This document shows, piece by piece, positions 58,000 through 64,000 of a stretch of DNA of 64,000 bases (positions within the stretch are counted from its first letter, which is position 1; each line of letters opens with the position of its first letter). This stretch comes from Eledone cirrhosa (taxonomy: Eukaryota). The DNA is taken from positions 118,978,001 to 119,042,000 of the forward strand of contig OZ024745.1 in NCBI GenBank assembly GCA_964016885.1, in the 5' to 3' direction. The position numbers and the translations under genes were made by a program. Below the pieces are notes generated by a model. That model searched no databases and was not told the origin of the DNA. It worked only from the letters and a program-made list of their open reading frames with translations.

Positions 58000-58440
58000 C
58001 TGTAAAGTGACACGACAAAAATCACCCAGTCCTCACTGTAAAGTGGTCATGTAGGTGACACGACAAAAATCACCCAGTCCACACTGTAAAGGGTCGTGTA
58101 GGGGACACGACAAAAATCACCCCAGTCCTCACTGTAAAGTGGTCGTGTAGGTGACACGACAAAAATCACCCAGTCCACACTGTAAAGGGTCGTGTAGGTG
58201 ACACGACAAAAATCACCCAGTCCTCACTGTAAAGTGGTCGTGTAGGTGACACGACAACAATCACCCAGTCCACACTGTAAATGTGGTTGACGTTAGGAAG
58301 GGCCTCCAGTCGTAGAAACCAGGTCAGAAACAGTTCCGTGGGAGCAAGGTCACCTGATCTGGCTTGTTTCATAACGGGACAACTAGTCTAACACATGCTA
58401 GCGTGGCAAAATGGACGTTAAACTGTGATGATGATGATGT
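58000..58440 (+). mobile_element. Retroposon 3' part with about 5 tandem ~48-bp subrepeats and (GAT)n tail
   Basis: GACACGACAAAAATCACCCAGTCC.CACTGTAAAG repeats, then GGTTGACGTTAGGAAGGGC..GGACGTTAAA..(GAT)n. Confidence 0.65.
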
Positions 58441-58459
58441 TCCAGATTGTGTGGGTCAA

Positions 58460-58865
58460 AACATCAACACCAACATTCATTGTCACCATAACCACTATAC
58501 TGACCATAACATCAACACCAACAACAACACCAACAACAACAACACCAACACCATTGTTACCATGACCACTAAACTGACTACAACAACAACACCAACAACA
58601 CCATGTCCACTATACTGACCACAACAACAACACCACCAACATCAACACCATTGTTACCATAACCACTATACTGACCACAACAACAACACCACCAACATCA
58701 ACACCACGGTTACCATAACCACTATACTGACCACAACAACAACACCACCAACATCAACACCACCGTTACCATGACCACTATACTGACCACAACAACACCA
58801 CCAACATCAACACCATCGTTACCATGACCACTATACTGACCACAACAACAACACCAACATCAACA
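58460..58865. repeat. AC-rich ~55-57-bp minisatellite
   Basis: GTTACCAT(A/G)ACCACTATACTGACCACAACAAC.. repeats. Confidence 0.85.
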
Positions 58866-59177
58866 TGGTTCCTATCATTTTTATTTATATTTCATCTTTG
58901 TTATGTGTTGTTTATATTTGATGGTTGTGAGTATTGTTGTTATAGTTGTTGTGACTCCAGAGCATTCGTGATGTCTCCTTGACACACAGTTTACAATATT
59001 TCTATCTTGGACATCTCCTATGGAGTTTAATTTGAGAAGAGAGAGAGAAAAGAAAACGAAAACAAATAAAGAATATAGATGAAAGATGAGAACGAAAAAA
59101 AGAGAAGTATTGTAATAACGTAGAGTGTGAGAACTGATGCGACGATGATGATACTAGCAACAAAACTACTAGTAATA

Positions 59178-59520
59178 AGTGTTTCTACTTTTGGCACAAG
59201 GCCAGCAAATATCCCAGTGTATTACTGGTACTTTATTTTATCGACCCCCGTAAGGATGAAAGGCAAAGTTAACCTCGGCGGGATTTGAACTCAGACCATA
59301 AAGGACCTTACCTCTTTGCTGCAAAGCATGGCGTCCGACCTTCTACCGATACTGCCAATCCAACGCTACTAATAATAATTGTTTCTACTTTAGGCACAAG
59401 GCCAGCAATTACTCAGTGCATTACTGGTACTTTATTTTATCGACCCCGTAAGGATGAAAGGCAAAGTCAACCTCGGCGGGATTTGAACTCAGATCGTAAA
59501 GGGACTTAACTCTATGCGTC
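59178..59520 (-). mobile_element. Two tandem tRNA-SINE copies
   Basis: Family match. Confidence 0.85.
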
Positions 59521-62500
59521 AAAGGATGGGTGAACGCTTGCTGACGCTTCTATCGATATCTATGGAGAAATGTATAAAATATCAACTGGCTAAAATACAT
59601 ATATTCCAAATAATGGATTTACCATATCCTGAGAAATGATTACGCATTAAAAAATACAAAGCACAAAAACAAAAAAAAGATTCATCCAGTTACTCACCAT
59701 CTCTATAACAGCATGAAGTATTGTCATCTTCCATGCGTCCATGTGTTAAAACGGAAGACATGAAGAATATACGTGTTTTTGCAATGAAATAGGTAAATAG
59801 GTAACGAGTTCTGCATATGACAATTAAGGAGTTAATTTTGCACCGTTCTGGGTAATCAAATAAATCTCAATGACTAAAGATATTTAAATTTCTTTTACAG
59901 TTGTATTGTAAGGCTGCGGCCCTTCTTTAATAGTTTGAATAATTGGTAACGTGAAACATACAAACTATACTTCATGTATACAGTACGTTTTTATAAATGT
60001 TTACAAACCTCTGGATATTCATATATATATATATATACATACATTTATATACATACATACATACATACGTACACACACACAAACAGTTGCTTTATGGAAA
60101 CCTTTTAGCTTAAGTCACAGAAACATACCTATATCTAAACATATCTGATAACAAACTATTTAAGCATCTCTCTATTCACTAATCAATACTTTTCTCATAT
60201 GTGTAAATTCATATTTCTTCCAGAAAGTACTTCAATCCTTCATAAGATTTTTCATATAAATTTATCAACAGAATTTTCTATAGAAAATCATCTTATCTAT
60301 AAATGCTTTTCTTAGAAAGTGTTTTTATATATATGCTCGTGTACAGTTTACTAAACAATTGTACTACTTTTCACATTAAACTCATACTTGTATCCAGTAT
60401 ATCCTCCCGTCTAGTAATCTAGTAATTTTCAACGAGATACAAACAACTCCAAACGATGTATATATAGGAATTCTTCAAACACCATAAAACCAGTCATCCG
60501 AGGACCGAAAGCAGGAGACTAACGCAGACACAGGTTAGAATATGAATATCTATAATATAATAAAAATAGTTGGATTAAATAAATAAAATAAGTTGGATTA
60601 TTTTGAATAAATAATGAATGAATATTATGTAATTTATCTGCTAAATTTCGTAGCTGTTGATTAAACATAAATATTCTTATATATAAAGTATTGCTTATTT
60701 TAAGATTCACTTCTTTAAAATTTTCAAATGTCAATACTTCCGGTTAGCGTTTTTTTTATATTATAACACTTATTATATCACATACATAAACGTTCATATA
60801 TTTGTATCGTTATATATGAAGTTTATATATAATAACGTCTTTTTTTATGTATCATGTATTACTTTACTGATTACGGAAGAGAGTGTAACACAGACTTCGC
60901 TAACTTTCTGTGCATATTGTCAATTACAATTTCATTTAAAGTATCATATCTACATGCATATATATTTGCGTATAATATCAATATACACACTACACATGCT
61001 AGCAAAAAACCAGCCCAAGGGTGGTTTTTCTGCTAGTGAGTATAATACAATCTTTAGTTTTGTGTTTGATTCCCGTATGACATCACAAAGGCAACACACA
61101 TTTCTTTGTATGGTGCATGTGTGTCCTTTACTCATGTGAAATATGGGTCTTCTACAAGCATCGTGTAAAAGTCTCTCAAAGCTTTCACCAGCGACATTTT
61201 AAGCCAATCCTGAACATCAGCCAGTTAGAGAGATTTTGATAGGAGCCGAGGTCTTCAGCATCGATCTAGGCAGTAGTATCAATGCATCATTTATATTGGA
61301 CCGGGTATCTTGTACATCTGCATATACAACTTTATTTGTATGGTCTGCAAAACGACATTGAAAAGCCTGGCGCTTCACGTTTGTAAAAGCCTGGCGATTC
61401 ACGTTTGTAAAAGACTGTTGGATTCACGTTTGTAAAAGACTGGTTATTCACGTTTGTAAAACTCGATTCTTTTTAATTAGAGATAGTTTTTCTCGGTCAC
61501 GAGCGGACAGTCATCTTATACGAGATCTTATAATTTATAGTTTAATGTAAAAAAACTGATCAGGGAAAATACCATTGTCTGCTGAAAAAAACTTTATAGA
61601 AAGTTGAGGCGAGCACATTTGATGTATAGCACATCAAGTATGTTAGAGAACACAATCTGTAACTTATTCTACTGAGGTCAATATTCTGCTTAATAGATTA
61701 CGGTATGCTGCTAAATAGAGCTGACCAACTGAGCTAAAATTCTTATAACAATTATGTTATGTTAAGACTTTGATTTGACAACAGATTTTACTGCTGCAAT
61801 TTAAAGGAAAAGGCGATATGTTAACTGTATGTATATGTCATTGGGACGCGTTTGCAGAATATCTCATACATCATGTAGATTATAAAGCATTCGTTTTTCT
61901 ATTAAATGGAATAGAGGTTTAAGGGATTCAGGAATTTTCAAATAAACGAAACCAACTATGCCATTGATTTATTTTTACAGTGATCAATCTCTACATAACC
62001 CCAATTCTGATTTCACCTCCTTTGATATGGAGCGATTATAATAGAGAGCAATATTGCATATGTGTTCGAACAAAGGCTGATTACAAAAAGTATTACAATA
62101 ATACGGTTTCTTAAACTAGATGGCACTGAATATCCACGAGTGCAATTTCTTAGAAACCCCATTTTTCATGCTTTTACATAAGGTTTCCATCACTTATTGT
62201 AATCTAGGTTATTCACAGTAACTCATTCATGTTCGAGGTAATGCATCAATGGGAGATATACTGATTGGAAGTAGGTAGCGATGTTTCAATTTATTCCCTT
62301 GACAAACTCGTGTATTTACATCGAGTACCTTATGAATCTGTTACCAACATTTGATGAGGGCATTGAAAGTAGATTTGAGTAAAGAATGGTGAAATTTCTT
62401 CTTCGGAAATTTATTATTTTTATTGATTGTATTCTGAAGTCAATAAAACAATTCTAACCAATTACTGCGTCTTATATAAACGATCATTTTCTCCCCCATA

Positions 62501-62571
62501 TATGTGGTCTTGAGTCAAACTTGAAATTATAATCATCTTCTTCTTATTATTATTATTATTGTTGTTTATTA

Positions 62572-62765
62572 GGGCGGTGGATTGACAGTATCGGTAGAGG
62601 GTCGGACGCCATGCTTTCCAGCATAGTTACGTCCCTTTACGATCTGAGTTCAAATCCCGCCGAGGTTGACTTTGCCTTTCATCCTTACGGGGTCGATAAA
62701 ATAAAGTAGCAGTAATGCACTAAGTAATTGCTGGCCTTGTGCCTAAAGTAGAAACAATTATTATT
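62572..62765 (+). mobile_element. Full-length tRNA-SINE
   Basis: Family match; follows a (TTA)n tract. Confidence 0.88.
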
Positions 62766-64000
62766 GTTCTTTGAGTCTCAGTCATTGATGTTATTTAACT
62801 GGAAAGTTTGTTGAAATGAATATCAAGCCACTACCTGCAGCCTCAGATATTCAGGACGTATCGGAGAGGGTTCTTGCTGTTCCCAGCAAGCATGCCTTTT
62901 GAAGTGTTCCAAAAAGCGGGGCTGGACTAATCTTCTTTAACTATCCTTGGAAACTCTTTGAGATAGTACCTAGTGCGCCTATGACAATCGGGACGACCTT
63001 GATTTCATGGCAGTTCCAAATCCTTTTTAACTCCCACTTTAAGTCCTGGTATCGGTTAATTTTCTCCCTCTCCTTCTCTTGCACTCTCGTGTCGAATGGG
63101 CAGGCCACATCCACAATCAGGCACGATATTTTTTCCTTGTCCAAAACCACCAGGTCAGGTCTATTGTTGTCCAGTTTCTTGTCCGTCTGTATCCTAAAAT
63201 CTCACAGCACCTTCACCTGATCGTTTTATATCACCGACTCTGGCTTATGCTCATACCACTTCTCAGAATGTGGTAAATTATTTACTTTGCATAGGTGCCA
63301 GTGGATTACCCTGCCCATCACATCATGTCTCCAGCCTTTATAGTGAGTCTGGGCTAGGTATGGGATGACTTTGTTTACCTTAGCTGTTGTTTCTTTTAAC
63401 TTTTTCCTGTCTACAATCTTAGGTTCATAGGTTTCCCACTATCATTGTTCATTTCATCTACCACTAAGTTTAGGATATCAACCAACTCTTGTCCTAGCCC
63501 GTCAACATTCATCTCCTCAATGGCCGTATCTCTGTTCCAGGTATTATTTATTTCAGCATTCAGATCATTGATTGCTTCGGATGGTTCCTCCGTTCCCTCA
63601 ACCTCTTCACCTTCATTTCCCACTGGCTCGTTTGCCTGGCATACTCCACTCTCCATTTCCAACCTAATCTCTCTGCTCAGTTCCTCCAGTTCCAGCTCGC
63701 TTATCCACCCAATAGTTCTTATTACCCGAGCCTGCCCGGCCAATTTTTGTTCATCTAATTTAAATAGACCAATCTCGTTCCAGATGCTATGCATCCGTTT
63801 CCTATAGCCTTTCTCCTTGGGGTTACTCTTCAGGTAACATTGCATAACAGTTCTATTCAATTCTTTCGTCCAGTTGGTTCTGGTCCCTTTCCTTCTTCTT
63901 CCTCCGACACTAGCAGTATTTGGTTGACAGCCAGGTCCCTGCTGCTGAGCCAGGGAGCACCTGCTGTGTGAGAGTCTGTCACATGACATTCCAGTCTCCA
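62766..64000 (-). mobile_element. R4/Dong-like non-LTR element (RLE endonuclease), internally deleted, no RT
   Basis: N-terminal WTKELN..MQCY..GYRKRMHSIW..EQKLAGQ joined to LAQTHYK.RHD..IHW, WYEHKP, RPDLVV..IVDVACP..KEREK..YQDL, VVPIVIGALG; stops present; 3' end in (AAT)n. Confidence 0.85.

Overview
Very AT-rich, microsatellite-saturated eukaryotic DNA. The repeat content (tRNA-derived SINEs, huge (TA)n tracts, RTE/Tx1/Penelope relics) suggests a cephalopod-like mollusc, which is inference only. No intact host protein-coding gene is evident, and almost all ORFs in the track are microsatellite artefacts. Recognisable elements: two decayed Penelope-like elements (RT + C-terminal GIY-YIG), a Tx1/L1-type LINE sitting in (GATA)n, RTE and Ingi/Vingi-like LINE fragments, an internally deleted R4/Dong-type element, a hAT (Buster/Charlie-like) transposase relic, Helitron-like and mariner-like non-autonomous elements, about 18 copies of one SINE, and several mini/microsatellites. 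The main hidden signal is about 20 type I hammerhead-ribozyme motifs (CUGANGA...GAAA...UH, mostly with tiny palindromic stem III) from more than 12 unrelated sequence families. They lie in short elements embedded in (TA)n and are often arranged as fold-back inverted repeats hinged inside the ribozyme. Two loci are retrozyme-like tandem units of 420 and 467 bp. All folds were read by eye and none was computed.
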